Source: a virus (Duplodnaviria > Caudoviricetes). From it: a DNA stretch of 64,000 nt. Below the pieces are notes generated by a model, which saw only the letters and a list, made by a program, of their open reading frames with translations, made no database searches and was not told the DNA's origin. Below, piece after piece: positions 42,732 to 53,003 of the stretch. The position numbers and the translations under genes are program-made. Every line of letters begins with the position of its first letter. Within the stretch, counting starts at the first letter, position 1. Location of the stretch: positions 312-64,311 of the IMG/VR virus record IMGVR_UViG_3300031521_000054. The stretch is one strand, 5' to 3'.

Positions 42732-44663
42732 ATGAACACATCTACAATAAAATTATCTATCGTATATAATAAAATAAATTTTCTTTCAAAAGAAATTGAA
42801 ATAGAAGATACGATAAATTCAGCAGATTATATTAACACAATTGTTAGAAAACTGCATGATTCGAAAGACGAAATTAATTTGATTTATGTTACAGCAAAAT
42901 ATACATCAGCTGTATTTTATTTCAATTCATATTCAAACACAAATGGTTGGTATGATAATTATCGTATTGAAGCTATTGAAACATCACCAAATTTTATAGA
43001 TCATGTTGTACATGATGTTATTAAAATGGCTGATTTCAAAGAAATTGATTTGCTTGAAAAACACCCTGAATTATATGAATTTTTACCAATTATTTCAGAA
43101 GACAGAGCTAAACAATTTATGAATTTTCTTATCAATACATTAAACATTAATTTTCATCCTGATGATGATTTTTCAGATTATTTACGTGAAGGTATTTTAA
43201 CAGATGTTAATGGAATTGATATTAATTTTGATTCAATATCAATTGATTTCATGACAAATCAGATTGAAAATTGTCTTGTTGTTTGTGGAGATGAATTTTA
43301 CAATTTTGGAACAGAAATTCTTTTAAAACACTCAGGAATTGTTACAGATGGTAGTAATGAAGGTACAATTGAACCTACAGATATTGTTGGAAGAATGGTT
43401 CATTTCACATTAGGAGATAATGATGTCCATAATGTAATGATTGAAACTTGTGAAGAAACAGGTACAGGAGACAAAGGTAAATATTATCGTTTAGAATGGG
43501 GAACAGAAGATTATCTTGGAATTTATGGTGTTGATCTTCAAAAAGTTATTAATGGTTATCAAGTGTCATATGAAAATGAATATGATGTTAATGTGACAAT
43601 TGGATTTGATGAATTAATTGCAAATATTCCTGATGATTTTTATCAACCATATTTCAATTCATTAGATAATGATCTTATTTTTGAAACAGAAATTGGAACA
43701 ATTACAATTCCAAATGAAAAAGTAAAAGCATTATTCGATAGAGCTATTAAACCATTAACCATTACTGAAGGAATTACAGAAGGTTATAAGGAATATGATA
43801 ATATTTACAACATAGTTGATGGATTTGTATCAAGTTTGTTTCCAAAACTTTATAGACAAGAAAGTTTTTCTCATATTTGTTATTCTATTGTTTCTGCTTT
43901 AATTGAAAATCAACTCGAATATCAAAAACATCGTGCTTTTGTTGCTCCTGAAGAATTAAAAACAATTTTCAGTGGTTTATTGACATGGTATTATTATTTA
44001 ACAAATACATGGGAAACAAGTGATGTTGATTTGAATGAAGGTTATCCATTTTCAGACAGTTTTGATGAATTTAGTATGTCTGAATGGGCTGAAACAGTTT
44101 GTGGTTGTAAAATTGAATATGATTCTGAACCACAAGCAAGTATAGATGATTTAATTGAAGCATTTGGAAGTTATTTTGAACAACTTGGAGATTGGATTGA
44201 TAATTTTCAAACTCATGCTTCAGCTGAAGAATTTTATAATTTCAATGATGTATTTTCAAAAAATTATCCTTTTGACACATCTTATGATGATTTAGTTCCT
44301 TACGTACGCAAATGGGTTAATGGAGTTAAAGAAAGATATGAAAATCAATTCAAAGCTGAACCAGTTGTTGAACCAGTTGTTGAAACACCAAAACCATTGG
44401 CTTTAACATCAATTTTTCAAGGAATCAAAACAATAATGGAACGTGAAAATAGTTTCACTCTTGATGAAGAATCTGATAATGAATTGATTTTCTCAACAAG
44501 AGAGAATGGTGATTCAGGTGAAGAAGAATATAGTGAAATAGATATGAAAGAAGGGCAAAGACTCAGAAGATTAATCAGACTTGAATATCCGAAAGAAGTA
44601 GTAAGTGTAAGCTTATCGGGTGTTGATGAATGGGTAATCATGGAAGTATCAGCTCCTGAATGA
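42732..44663 (+). CDS. Large, highly acidic multi-module hypothetical protein
   Basis: 643 aa, D/E-rich; NFHPDDDF.DY motif; duplicated YPF..S(F/Y)D module. Confidence 0.65.
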   Translation: MNTSTIKLSIVYNKINFLSKEIEIEDTINSADYINTIVRKLHDSKDEINLIYVTAKYTSAVFYFNSYSNTNGWYDNYRIEAIETSPNFIDHVVHDVIKMADFKEIDLLEKHPELYEFLPIISEDRAKQFMNFLINTLNINFHPDDDFSDYLREGILTDVNGIDINFDSISIDFMTNQIENCLVVCGDEFYNFGTEILLKHSGIVTDGSNEGTIEPTDIVGRMVHFTLGDNDVHNVMIETCEETGTGDKGKYYRLEWGTEDYLGIYGVDLQKVINGYQVSYENEYDVNVTIGFDELIANIPDDFYQPYFNSLDNDLIFETEIGTITIPNEKVKALFDRAIKPLTITEGITEGYKEYDNIYNIVDGFVSSLFPKLYRQESFSHICYSIVSALIENQLEYQKHRAFVAPEELKTIFSGLLTWYYYLTNTWETSDVDLNEGYPFSDSFDEFSMSEWAETVCGCKIEYDSEPQASIDDLIEAFGSYFEQLGDWIDNFQTHASAEEFYNFNDVFSKNYPFDTSYDDLVPYVRKWVNGVKERYENQFKAEPVVEPVVETPKPLALTSIFQGIKTIMERENSFTLDEESDNELIFSTRENGDSGEEEYSEIDMKEGQRLRRLIRLEYPKEVVSVSLSGVDEWVIMEVSAPE

Positions 44664-44692
44664 AATAAAAACTAAAATTAAATACTCAAGGA

Positions 44693-44729
44693 AAACCCCT
44701 TTCAATTTATTTTGAAAGGGGTTTCTTTT
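44693..44729 (+). terminator. Intrinsic terminator
   Basis: AAACCCCTTTCAA-loop-TTGAAAGGGGTTT followed by CTTTT. Confidence 0.75.
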
Positions 44730-44797
44730 AATATATTATATATATAATGGATATAAATATCAAGTCTAAAAATAATATTCAAAATAAATAAAATCAA

Positions 44798-46747
44798 ATG
44801 GAAGAAGTAGCAAAAATTACTCAAAATCTTCAAAGCAAATATCAAATTAAAGATGAAATTTCTCACATACTTGAGAGATCAGGAATGTGGGTTGGTTCAA
44901 TGCAGACTGAAATTGTTGAGTATTTATTATATCAACCATCAACAAATAAAATAATTCCTGTAAAAAATACAGCATATAATGCTGGTTTATTAAAACTTAT
45001 TGATGAAGTGCTTTCAAATTCTGTTGATGAACATCGCAGGAAAGATTCATTATTCAAAATAACTGAGATTGATGTTAAAGTATACACATCAGGACAAGTA
45101 ATAATAAAAGATAACGGTGGTATTCCAGTAATAAAACATAAGGAAACTGGCTTATATATTCCTGAACTTATTTTTGGACATTTGAGAACATCAAGCAATT
45201 ATGATGATAGTCAAGACAGAGATGTTGTAGGCACAAACGGATTAGGTTCGAAATTAACAAATATTTTTTCAAAACAATTTACTGTTCAAACAGCTGATGG
45301 AAAAAATTCTATCAGTATTGATTGGTCAAATAATATGAGAGAAATTTCAACTGATTTTGAAAAATATCCAAACTCAGGTTATATTATCAAAAAAGAAGTA
45401 CCAAATAGTCCAACAAGTCATGGTACACAAATATCATTTTTGATTGATCTTGATAGATTTGAACTTGACAACCTTTCTCTTTCAACAATAAGAATTATTC
45501 AAAAACGATGTATTGATGCTGCGGCAACAAATCCAGGATTAAAAATTAATTTTGAATCTGACATAGCTGAAGGAAAACTTAATTCAACATGGATTTTTGA
45601 TAATTTCCAAGATTATGTGAAATTATATTTGAATCCTGAACAATCTCTTCAAATAAAAGAATTTAGAAATCGAAAAGACATCATTATTGTTTTACCAAAC
45701 ATAGGATGTAATGTTGGGTTTGTTAATGGTGGAATTTGTTCAGTAGGAACTCACATAAAAAAATTAGAAAAACAAATTGTTGAAAAAATTCTACTTCTTT
45801 GTGCTGAAAAAGATATGGAATTAATTACTGAAAAAGATATTACTAATCGCATATCGATATTCGCAAATTGTTCAATAGTTAATCCTACATACAATTCACA
45901 AACAAAAGAACAATTAACAACCAAAATTGATAAGTTCACATTAAATTTGTCTGTGGAATTTTTAAATAGTTTCAAAGATTCAGAAATTTTTAAATCACTT
46001 CAGGATTATTACGAAATTAAATATGCTGAAGAAAAAAAGAAAGAAACTCGCAAACTTAATGCAACAATAAAAACAACGAAAATAGTTAAATTGATCCAAT
46101 GTGCAAATAAAAATTCAAATAACAATGAACTTTGGTTGTTTGAAGGAAATTCTGCAGGTAATGGATTCAGAAAGCATTCACATAAATTATTTCAATCAGC
46201 TTATTTACTTCGAGGAAAAATAACGAATACATTTAATTTGAAGAAAACACAAATTCTTGAAAATCAAGAATTAAGAGAAGTTATAGCTTGCTTGGGTATT
46301 TTATTTGACGAACCAAAAAAGAATATGAAAGATTGCAAATATGCTAAAATAATAATCGCATCAGATATGGATTATGATGGTCATCATATTTGTGGTTTAT
46401 TACTTGCATTCTTTGCGAAACATTTTCCTGAATTGTTTATTCAAAATAGAATATATCGTGCATTAAGTCCGATTGTTTATGCTTCGAAAAAAGGAACTCA
46501 GAAGAAATATTATTATTCACTCGAAGATTTTGAAAAAGATTCAAATAATCTTAAAGGTTATGAAATAATTTATACAAAAGGCCTTGGAGGATTATGTGAT
46601 GAAGATTACAAACAAATGCTTCGTCAACAAAAATTAATTCAATTCAGTTATAATGTTATTGAAGACGGAGAAGCAGTGAACACATGGTTTAATAAATCAA
46701 CTGATCAAAGAAAAGAATTAATCTTATCAGATACAATAGAAGACTAA
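44798..46747 (+). CDS. Type IIA topoisomerase ATPase/TOPRIM subunit (gp39+60, GyrB-like)
   Basis: HIL.R..MWVGS, DEVLSNSVD, DNGGIP, GTNGLGSK, EGNSA, LRGK, DMDYDG.HI, KGLG. Confidence 0.95.
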   Translation: MEEVAKITQNLQSKYQIKDEISHILERSGMWVGSMQTEIVEYLLYQPSTNKIIPVKNTAYNAGLLKLIDEVLSNSVDEHRRKDSLFKITEIDVKVYTSGQVIIKDNGGIPVIKHKETGLYIPELIFGHLRTSSNYDDSQDRDVVGTNGLGSKLTNIFSKQFTVQTADGKNSISIDWSNNMREISTDFEKYPNSGYIIKKEVPNSPTSHGTQISFLIDLDRFELDNLSLSTIRIIQKRCIDAAATNPGLKINFESDIAEGKLNSTWIFDNFQDYVKLYLNPEQSLQIKEFRNRKDIIIVLPNIGCNVGFVNGGICSVGTHIKKLEKQIVEKILLLCAEKDMELITEKDITNRISIFANCSIVNPTYNSQTKEQLTTKIDKFTLNLSVEFLNSFKDSEIFKSLQDYYEIKYAEEKKKETRKLNATIKTTKIVKLIQCANKNSNNNELWLFEGNSAGNGFRKHSHKLFQSAYLLRGKITNTFNLKKTQILENQELREVIACLGILFDEPKKNMKDCKYAKIIIASDMDYDGHHICGLLLAFFAKHFPELFIQNRIYRALSPIVYASKKGTQKKYYYSLEDFEKDSNNLKGYEIIYTKGLGGLCDEDYKQMLRQQKLIQFSYNVIEDGEAVNTWFNKSTDQRKELILSDTIED

Positions 46748-46758
46748 AAAAATACTCA

Positions 46759-47709
46759 ATGATAAAAAGATTATATATTGATTTGGAAACAACAGGTACT
46801 GATTGTTATTCAAATGGTATTCATCAAATATCTGGAATAATAGAAATTGACGGAATAATTAAAGAAAAGTTTGATTTTAAAGTTAGACCATTCGAAGGTT
46901 GTGTCATAGTTGATGAAGCCTTAGAAAAAGGAAATGTAACTTTGGAACAAATTATGCAATATACTCCTGAAAAAGAAGTATTTAATTTTTTGACAATAAT
47001 ATTATCGAAATATGTTAACAAATTTAATCCAAAAGATAAATTAACTTTTGTCGGTTACAATGCAAATTTTGATAATGATTTCTTAAGACAATTTTGGTTA
47101 CGAAATAGAGATGAATTTTATAATTCAATCTTTTGGGGTAATATTCTTGATGTAATGGTTGTTGCAACTGAATTTTTTGAAGAATTTCGTCAGGAATTTG
47201 AAAATTTTAAATTGATGACTATTGCTCAAGCATTATTAATTTTAATTGATGAATCAAAGTTACATAATGCAATGTATGATATTGAAATAACTCGTGAAAT
47301 ATTACTTGAGTTAGTTAAACAACGTAAGGAAAATATTTTAAGGGAATTGGAAAAAGAATATCTTGTTGAAGTTAAAGAACCTGAAATTGAAGACGAAAAA
47401 GAAAACATTGAAGAAGAAAACTTTATTGAAAAGGAAATACGAAATCTTCCACCAAAAGAAATAATATTTACTCAAAATCCTAATGAAAGAACAACAACAG
47501 TTTATTCTTGGAATTTTATCATTTGGTTTGGGAAATACGCAGGTAGTCCTATTAAGGATATTATAGAAATGGATCCTATATATATAATTTATCTTCACAA
47601 CAATAAAATCAGAAGATTACAATTCTCAGAAAGATTACTTGAAGAAGTAAAATTTTCTATTGAAAAGAAAAAAATAGATTATATTCACGAACATAAAGAT
47701 GACGTATGA
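46759..47709 (+). CDS. DEDDh 3'-5' exonuclease (DnaQ-like) with a C-terminal FGKY module
   Basis: DLETTG, GYNA.FD..FL, LHNA.YD; C-terminal FGKYAG......DP.YI. Confidence 0.85.
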   Translation: MIKRLYIDLETTGTDCYSNGIHQISGIIEIDGIIKEKFDFKVRPFEGCVIVDEALEKGNVTLEQIMQYTPEKEVFNFLTIILSKYVNKFNPKDKLTFVGYNANFDNDFLRQFWLRNRDEFYNSIFWGNILDVMVVATEFFEEFRQEFENFKLMTIAQALLILIDESKLHNAMYDIEITREILLELVKQRKENILRELEKEYLVEVKEPEIEDEKENIEEENFIEKEIRNLPPKEIIFTQNPNERTTTVYSWNFIIWFGKYAGSPIKDIIEMDPIYIIYLHNNKIRRLQFSERLLEEVKFSIEKKKIDYIHEHKDDV

Positions 47710-48194
47710 TAGTTCAAGCTTATCATGGATCCTCCCATAAATTTGATGAATTTTCATTCAAAAAAATGGGTAAATCATCAGGAAATTCTGGTGCTGGATT
47801 TGGTTTGTATTTTTCTGACATAAAAGCAGATGCTCTCGGTTATGGTGATTATATCTACACATGTAGATTGGAATTAGAAAATAACGTTTCGAATGAAAGT
47901 ATTACATTTGATAAAAAAATGCTATTACTTTTTCTTGATAAACTTAATTTCACAGAAGATAAAAATAAATTTACAATTCATTTATTAAATGATTTCAAAA
48001 CAGATACGGAAATTATTGCTGAAATAGTTAAAACTATTGGTAATGGCAATATTGTATTCGAAATACTATCAGGATATGGTTATGATCATACAATTGACCA
48101 TAATAGTCCTGAACTTGAACATTCTACACATTATATTGTATATGCTCTTGATGCTATTGAAATTGTTAAACGAGAAACATTAGACGATATTTAA
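47706..48194 (+). CDS. ADP-ribosyltransferase-like protein (ART-PolyVal-like)
   Basis: YHGS...F..F....G....G.GLYFS...A..YG..IY. Confidence 0.65.
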   Translation: MIVQAYHGSSHKFDEFSFKKMGKSSGNSGAGFGLYFSDIKADALGYGDYIYTCRLELENNVSNESITFDKKMLLLFLDKLNFTEDKNKFTIHLLNDFKTDTEIIAEIVKTIGNGNIVFEILSGYGYDHTIDHNSPELEHSTHYIVYALDAIEIVKRETLDDI

Positions 48195-48213
48195 CCAATT
48201 AACAAAAAATCAT

Positions 48214-48576
48214 ATGCAGAAACAAAATCTTTTTATCAACATAAGTATGGGAATCATACTTTGTGTTTTAGTTGCTAACGTAATAGTATTGACAACTATG
48301 AGTACATATCCTTTTTCAACACCAAAAAGATATGGATTAAAAGATTACGAAGTAATCAAAATTGAAAATTGCCAATATATTAGATTTCAGGTTGGTGATG
48401 GAAAATATACAATAACTCATAAAGGTGATTGTCAAAATCCAATTCATTATCGCATAATATTTAAAGATCGTGCAGATACTGTTTTTGTTGATTCACTTAA
48501 AACAAGAGTGTATTTATTCGATAAACTTTATAAACCATATAATAATGACAAAATCAAATTCAACTTCAAATTCTGA
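48214..48576 (+). CDS. Membrane-anchored hypothetical protein
   Basis: N-terminal TM; I..CQYI...ITHKG.C.NPIH motif. Confidence 0.6.
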   Translation: MQKQNLFINISMGIILCVLVANVIVLTTMSTYPFSTPKRYGLKDYEVIKIENCQYIRFQVGDGKYTITHKGDCQNPIHYRIIFKDRADTVFVDSLKTRVYLFDKLYKPYNNDKIKFNFKF

Positions 48577-48739
48577 AGAAAACGAAATTGTTGAAATTCC
48601 ATTAAAACAGGAATACATAAAAAAAGGATATTTATGTCCATATCATATTGCTGATATTGATTGTATTGCACTTGATTCTTCAAGTATGATTAAAACAATG
48701 TCATGTTTTGATTGCAAATTATTTGCTACACCATATTAA
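48545..48739 (+). CDS. Small Cys-rich protein
   Basis: Likely start at ATG 48545; CPY...C...C..C. Confidence 0.45.
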   Translation: MTKSNSTSNSEENEIVEIPLKQEYIKKGYLCPYHIADIDCIALDSSSMIKTMSCFDCKLFATPY

Positions 48740-48765
48740 ATAATCACACATAATAATCACACATA

Positions 48766-49224
48766 ATGAGAAAAATAATTTTAATTGATGACGACTACGC
48801 AAAAGGGTGGGACGTTATTTTTTCAATGATTTTCAAAGATGTTTACGGAGATTTAATAACTTTTGAATGTCTTAAGGACATTGATGATGAATCAATTGAT
48901 TTATGTTATAAAAATAATCTTGATGCATTATTTATTCAGGATAATCAATTATCACATGATCAAACTGTTAAACCAGGAATATATTGGGTTGAAAAATACG
49001 CTAAGACTCATGCTATTGTAATGCATACATCAGATGGTGCAAATTTCGCATTTGCAGCAGCAAAACTTGGTGCATTAATGTTCATGAGAAAAGATAATCC
49101 TGAAGCACCAATGACCAATAGCGAAATGAAAAAAATGATTGTTGAATTTCATAAAGTCATAATAAAACATTTCGAATTAACTCCAGAACTTATTTGGATA
49201 GTATACGATAAATTTCAAATATGA
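48766..49224 (+). CDS. Stand-alone response-regulator receiver (CheY-like) domain
   Basis: IILIDDD, FIQD (acceptor Asp), PG, VMHTS, A.KLGA..F.RK. Confidence 0.7.
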   Translation: MRKIILIDDDYAKGWDVIFSMIFKDVYGDLITFECLKDIDDESIDLCYKNNLDALFIQDNQLSHDQTVKPGIYWVEKYAKTHAIVMHTSDGANFAFAAAKLGALMFMRKDNPEAPMTNSEMKKMIVEFHKVIIKHFELTPELIWIVYDKFQI

Positions 49225-49433
49225 TAGATATAATAATTATGGAAGCAATTTGCATGATGATTTTTATCATATGGTTATTGGGAGCATTCCTCTCAATGAT
49301 AATGATGTGTATTTTATATCTTATTCAAGGAATGATCGGTATTCCGTATAAACCAACAAATTACGAAATAATCAAATATTTTGTTTTTTCTTGGTATGGT
49401 GTTTTTTATTTTGCGGAAAAAATAAACAACTAA
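49221..49433 (+). CDS. Small membrane protein
   Basis: 70 aa, hydrophobic, ATGA-coupled. Confidence 0.5.
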   Translation: MIDIIIMEAICMMIFIIWLLGAFLSMIMMCILYLIQGMIGIPYKPTNYEIIKYFVFSWYGVFYFAEKINN

Positions 49434-49446
49434 TAATTAATAAATA

Positions 49447-49923
49447 ATGAACATATTTGTATTGGATTTAGATCCAAAAGTAGCAGCTTGTTATCATTGT
49501 GATAAACATGTTGTGAAAATGATATTGGAAACAGCTCAGATTTTGTCAACAGTTATTCAAAATCATGTCGATACTGAAGATTTTTTATATAAACCAACGC
49601 ATAAAAATCATCCATGTGTATTGTGGGCTGGTAAATCATATGAAAATCTTATGTGGCTTTATAATTTAGGTATTTCATTATGTGATGAATATACTTATCG
49701 TTATAATAAAGTACATAAAACTCGTGCTATAATTGAACGTTGTTACGATTATATTTCAGATATTTTTTATACTGAAATAGGGTTAACAAAATTTGCTCAA
49801 GCAATGCCTGAACAATATAGAAATGAAGATGTTGTTAAAGCATATAGGAATTATTATATTGGAGAAAAATCAAATATGTTGAAATATACGAAAACAGAAA
49901 AACCAGAATGGATTCAACAATAA
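49447..49923 (+). CDS. Pyrimidine-dimer DNA glycosylase (DenV-related) family protein
   Basis: MNIF.LD.DP...A..HCDKHVVKMILE.AQ.LST, H.NHPC..W, EY..RY.K.H, F.QAMP. Confidence 0.8.
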   Translation: MNIFVLDLDPKVAACYHCDKHVVKMILETAQILSTVIQNHVDTEDFLYKPTHKNHPCVLWAGKSYENLMWLYNLGISLCDEYTYRYNKVHKTRAIIERCYDYISDIFYTEIGLTKFAQAMPEQYRNEDVVKAYRNYYIGEKSNMLKYTKTEKPEWIQQ

Positions 49924-49949
49924 TTACCATAATTTCGTGAAAGACAAAA

Positions 49950-49979
49950 CAATCCATATTATTGATATTTAAAGGATAT
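49950..49979 (+). promoter_or_regulatory. Bipartite phage promoter/operator motif
   Basis: CAATCCAT-N14-AAGGATAT. Confidence 0.65.
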
Positions 49980-50019
49980 AAATCTTAAGGAAGATTTGTG
50001 TCCTTTAATTAGTTTACAT

Positions 50020-50205
50020 ATGGAAAATCATATCGTTGAAGGAGCGAAAGGAATACCTGGAACTCAAGGAATACCCGGAAGTATTGGTACTTTTTGTTCA
50101 CAGGAAGAATACGATAGAATCATGAATTTAGTGAATGTTTATCATGAAGAAATGAATAGAAAAAAATCATTTTGGGAAAGAATCAGAACATTTTTAGCAA
50201 TATAA
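50020..50205 (+). CDS. Small protein with a short collagen motif
   Basis: ATG 50020; GAKGIPGTQGIPGSIG. Confidence 0.5.
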   Translation: MENHIVEGAKGIPGTQGIPGSIGTFCSQEEYDRIMNLVNVYHEEMNRKKSFWERIRTFLAI

Positions 50206-50217
50206 TATTCAAACATA

Positions 50218-51636
50218 ATGGAAGCAGATAAAAAAGATTCGGTTGAAATAACTCCGAGACAAACAAAATCATTTTTAAATCATGAAGTTTTATCTTTCGC
50301 AAAGTACGTAATTGAAACACGTGCAATGCCAAATTTAATGGATGGTTTAAAAGTTGGTGCTCGTAAGATAATATGGGCTGCAATGACTGGGGATTTATCT
50401 AAACGTAAATTAATAAAAATGCCATCTTTGATTGGTGATGCAATGAAAATGCATTACAATCATGGTGATGCATCTTTGCTTAATACAATTGTTCAATTAG
50501 GTTCAACACATATTTACAAATACGCTCCGTTAGAAATTGTAGGACAAATTGGATCATTAAGAGTTCCAAAATGTGATACAGCACCGAGATATTTACATAT
50601 TCGTCCTTCACCTTATTTGGACTTTTTTAAGATTGATTCTGAATTGTTCGAACAACTTATTGAAGATGGTGACAAAGTTGAACCAAAATATTTCTTACCA
50701 ATAATTCCATTATCATTATTGATAAGAACAAATTCTCCTGGATTTGGATTTTCTTATCGTAGTTTTTCATATGGTTTGGATTCAATTATCGATAATTGCA
50801 TAAAAGCAATATCATCAGGCACTTGTAATGTTGATATTGACATAACACCAATAGTTCCATTTGTTGAAGGTATAAAACCTGAAAACATGTTATATAATGG
50901 AAATAAAAATTCATGGTATTGTGTTGGTGAATATGATATGGATTTTGAAAAAGATGTTTTGACTATTACTGATTTTCCATATGATGTTAGTTATGAAAAA
51001 TACGAAGAACATTTGAAATCATTGATTGATAAAAATTATATAATTGATTTTACTGATTTAAGTCAAGACAATAAAATTCGTTACATAATTAAATTCGCTC
51101 GTGGAAGGTTACAAACATTGTCAAGTGACAAATGGAAGTTTTTTCAGAATATGAAATTATTTTCAAAAATAACCAAAAATACTTTGAATTGTATTGATCA
51201 AGATGGCAAAACAATTTTATTTTTTGATACACCATATGAATTGATTGATTGTTTTGTTAGAAAACGTTTATTCTTTTATCAAGAAAGAAAAACTAAAACA
51301 ATTGTGGTTGTTAAAAAAGAAATTGGTGTGTTGAATAATAAAATAAAATTTCTTGAATTAGTTACCAATGATGAATTGATTATCAATAAACGACCATTAG
51401 AGGATATTAAAAAAGATTTGGATTCTTATGAAATTAGTTATGATGTTTTAAAAATGAATATCAGTAAACTAACCAAAGAAGAAATAGTTGAATTATATTC
51501 TGAACTGGAAAGTAAAAGAAAATATTTACATTATCTTGAAATAACATCAATTCAGGAAATGTATATTCGTGATTTAATTGATTTCAAAGAAAAATACTGT
51601 ACAATAATCAACACAAATTCAGTAACATCAATTTAA
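50218..51636 (+). CDS. Type IIA topoisomerase cleavage subunit (gp52, GyrA-like)
   Basis: RAMP..DGLK...RK, Y.HGD.SL, APRY with the catalytic Tyr, EP..FLPIIP. Confidence 0.95.
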   Translation: MEADKKDSVEITPRQTKSFLNHEVLSFAKYVIETRAMPNLMDGLKVGARKIIWAAMTGDLSKRKLIKMPSLIGDAMKMHYNHGDASLLNTIVQLGSTHIYKYAPLEIVGQIGSLRVPKCDTAPRYLHIRPSPYLDFFKIDSELFEQLIEDGDKVEPKYFLPIIPLSLLIRTNSPGFGFSYRSFSYGLDSIIDNCIKAISSGTCNVDIDITPIVPFVEGIKPENMLYNGNKNSWYCVGEYDMDFEKDVLTITDFPYDVSYEKYEEHLKSLIDKNYIIDFTDLSQDNKIRYIIKFARGRLQTLSSDKWKFFQNMKLFSKITKNTLNCIDQDGKTILFFDTPYELIDCFVRKRLFFYQERKTKTIVVVKKEIGVLNNKIKFLELVTNDELIINKRPLEDIKKDLDSYEISYDVLKMNISKLTKEEIVELYSELESKRKYLHYLEITSIQEMYIRDLIDFKEKYCTIINTNSVTSI

Positions 51637-51642
51637 CACAAT

Positions 51643-52950
51643 ATGAAAAAGATAGTCCATAGAATAAATGATTTCAGTATTTTGAGATTAACTGATAACG
51701 ATGATGTATCAGAATTTTTCAGAGTTAATCTTCAGCAAAACACAGACATAAACCAATATGTTGAATTAACAAGCGAAGATTCCACTGTTTGGGATTCAGG
51801 AGAATTTGCTCATCGTTTAAATAAATCTTATTCAAATGCTGGTTTATTTTATTCTACGTATGGTAGTGGAATCACATTAGGATCACTTAATGTTGGTATT
51901 TTATTGAAACGTGGATTTGATTGGAGCACTAAATTCGGAATACATGTACTAATAAAGTCATCAAAGACAGAAGAAGTATTTATTTCCAGATTATTAACAG
52001 TTGATGATTTCAGAGCAACTGGAAATAAAGAACTAATTGATGGTTGTTTCTGGTTAGAAGAAGCTTCAATGAACATTCCAAAAACGAATGATATTTTATT
52101 TGTTCAAATAACTACAATTGCATATGAAGATGTGACAATTGATGGTCCACAAGTAGGATATATTGCAAGTTATCCAACAGAATTTGTTCCATTAATTGAT
52201 GAAAAACCAATACCGGATTTTATCTTAAATAAAATATCTATTGATGCTAATCATTACTTATTGATTAAAATATTAACAACTGAAAACAAAACAGTTAAGC
52301 AATCAATACTTGATTATTTTGGTTTGACAATGTCAAATATTGAAGTTTCACATATCATAAATTATGGTACTGAAATTTTAGGATTTAGGACATTGAGAAT
52401 ATCGAACGAAGATGATTGGAGTTTACCAATCAATATTGCATTGAATTTAAAAGAGTTCGCAACTGAAACAAATGATTATGTAACAATTAATGTCAGTACA
52501 GAAATCTTGGTTGATAAAAAAATGATGAAAAGAGAATCAACAATTGGGACAAGTTTACTTTCAGCAATTAATCCATTGATTCAAGATAAAATTGTTTATC
52601 CTGAAAGTAATTTTCCTGTCAATGTTGTATTTGAAAATGTCATTAACAACACGATAATTGAAACACCAAAAGTAACAAAATTAGTTTCCATTTATCAACC
52701 GATTTTTATTGAAATGATTTCTGAATCTTTCAAAATTGAAAACAAATACATATATTTCGAAAATTTAACGGAAGAAGCAAGTTTATCAATTATAGGTTCA
52801 GATACTAATGAGACAATTTATTCTAAAATCACATCTGACAATAAAATTTACTTCGATTTATCTGAATTAAAACCAATTGATAAACCTACCACATATGAAT
52901 TGGTTAATTCAAAATTACAAATAATTGGAAAGGGTATTGTGACAATTTGA
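51643..52950 (+). CDS. Hypothetical protein, possibly structural
   Basis: 435 aa, beta-rich composition; no recognised motif. Confidence 0.55.
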   Translation: MKKIVHRINDFSILRLTDNDDVSEFFRVNLQQNTDINQYVELTSEDSTVWDSGEFAHRLNKSYSNAGLFYSTYGSGITLGSLNVGILLKRGFDWSTKFGIHVLIKSSKTEEVFISRLLTVDDFRATGNKELIDGCFWLEEASMNIPKTNDILFVQITTIAYEDVTIDGPQVGYIASYPTEFVPLIDEKPIPDFILNKISIDANHYLLIKILTTENKTVKQSILDYFGLTMSNIEVSHIINYGTEILGFRTLRISNEDDWSLPINIALNLKEFATETNDYVTINVSTEILVDKKMMKRESTIGTSLLSAINPLIQDKIVYPESNFPVNVVFENVINNTIIETPKVTKLVSIYQPIFIEMISESFKIENKYIYFENLTEEASLSIIGSDTNETIYSKITSDNKIYFDLSELKPIDKPTTYELVNSKLQIIGKGIVTI

Positions 52951-52973
52951 TAATAATTTTTCGGATATAAAAT

Positions 52974-53003
52974 CAGTCTATATTAATTATAAAACGTGGA
53001 TAT
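52974..53003 (+). promoter_or_regulatory. Bipartite phage promoter/operator motif
   Basis: CAGTCTAT-N14-GTGGATAT. Confidence 0.55.

Noticed and set aside
48740-48765. 13-bp tandem duplication ATAATCACACATA x2 before the receiver gene
   Set aside because: Only two copies; most simply a slippage duplication with no evidence of function.
40011-51636. Introns or inteins in terL or the topoisomerase genes
   Set aside because: Lengths and motif spacing are normal; no splice-junction or homing-endonuclease motifs were seen.
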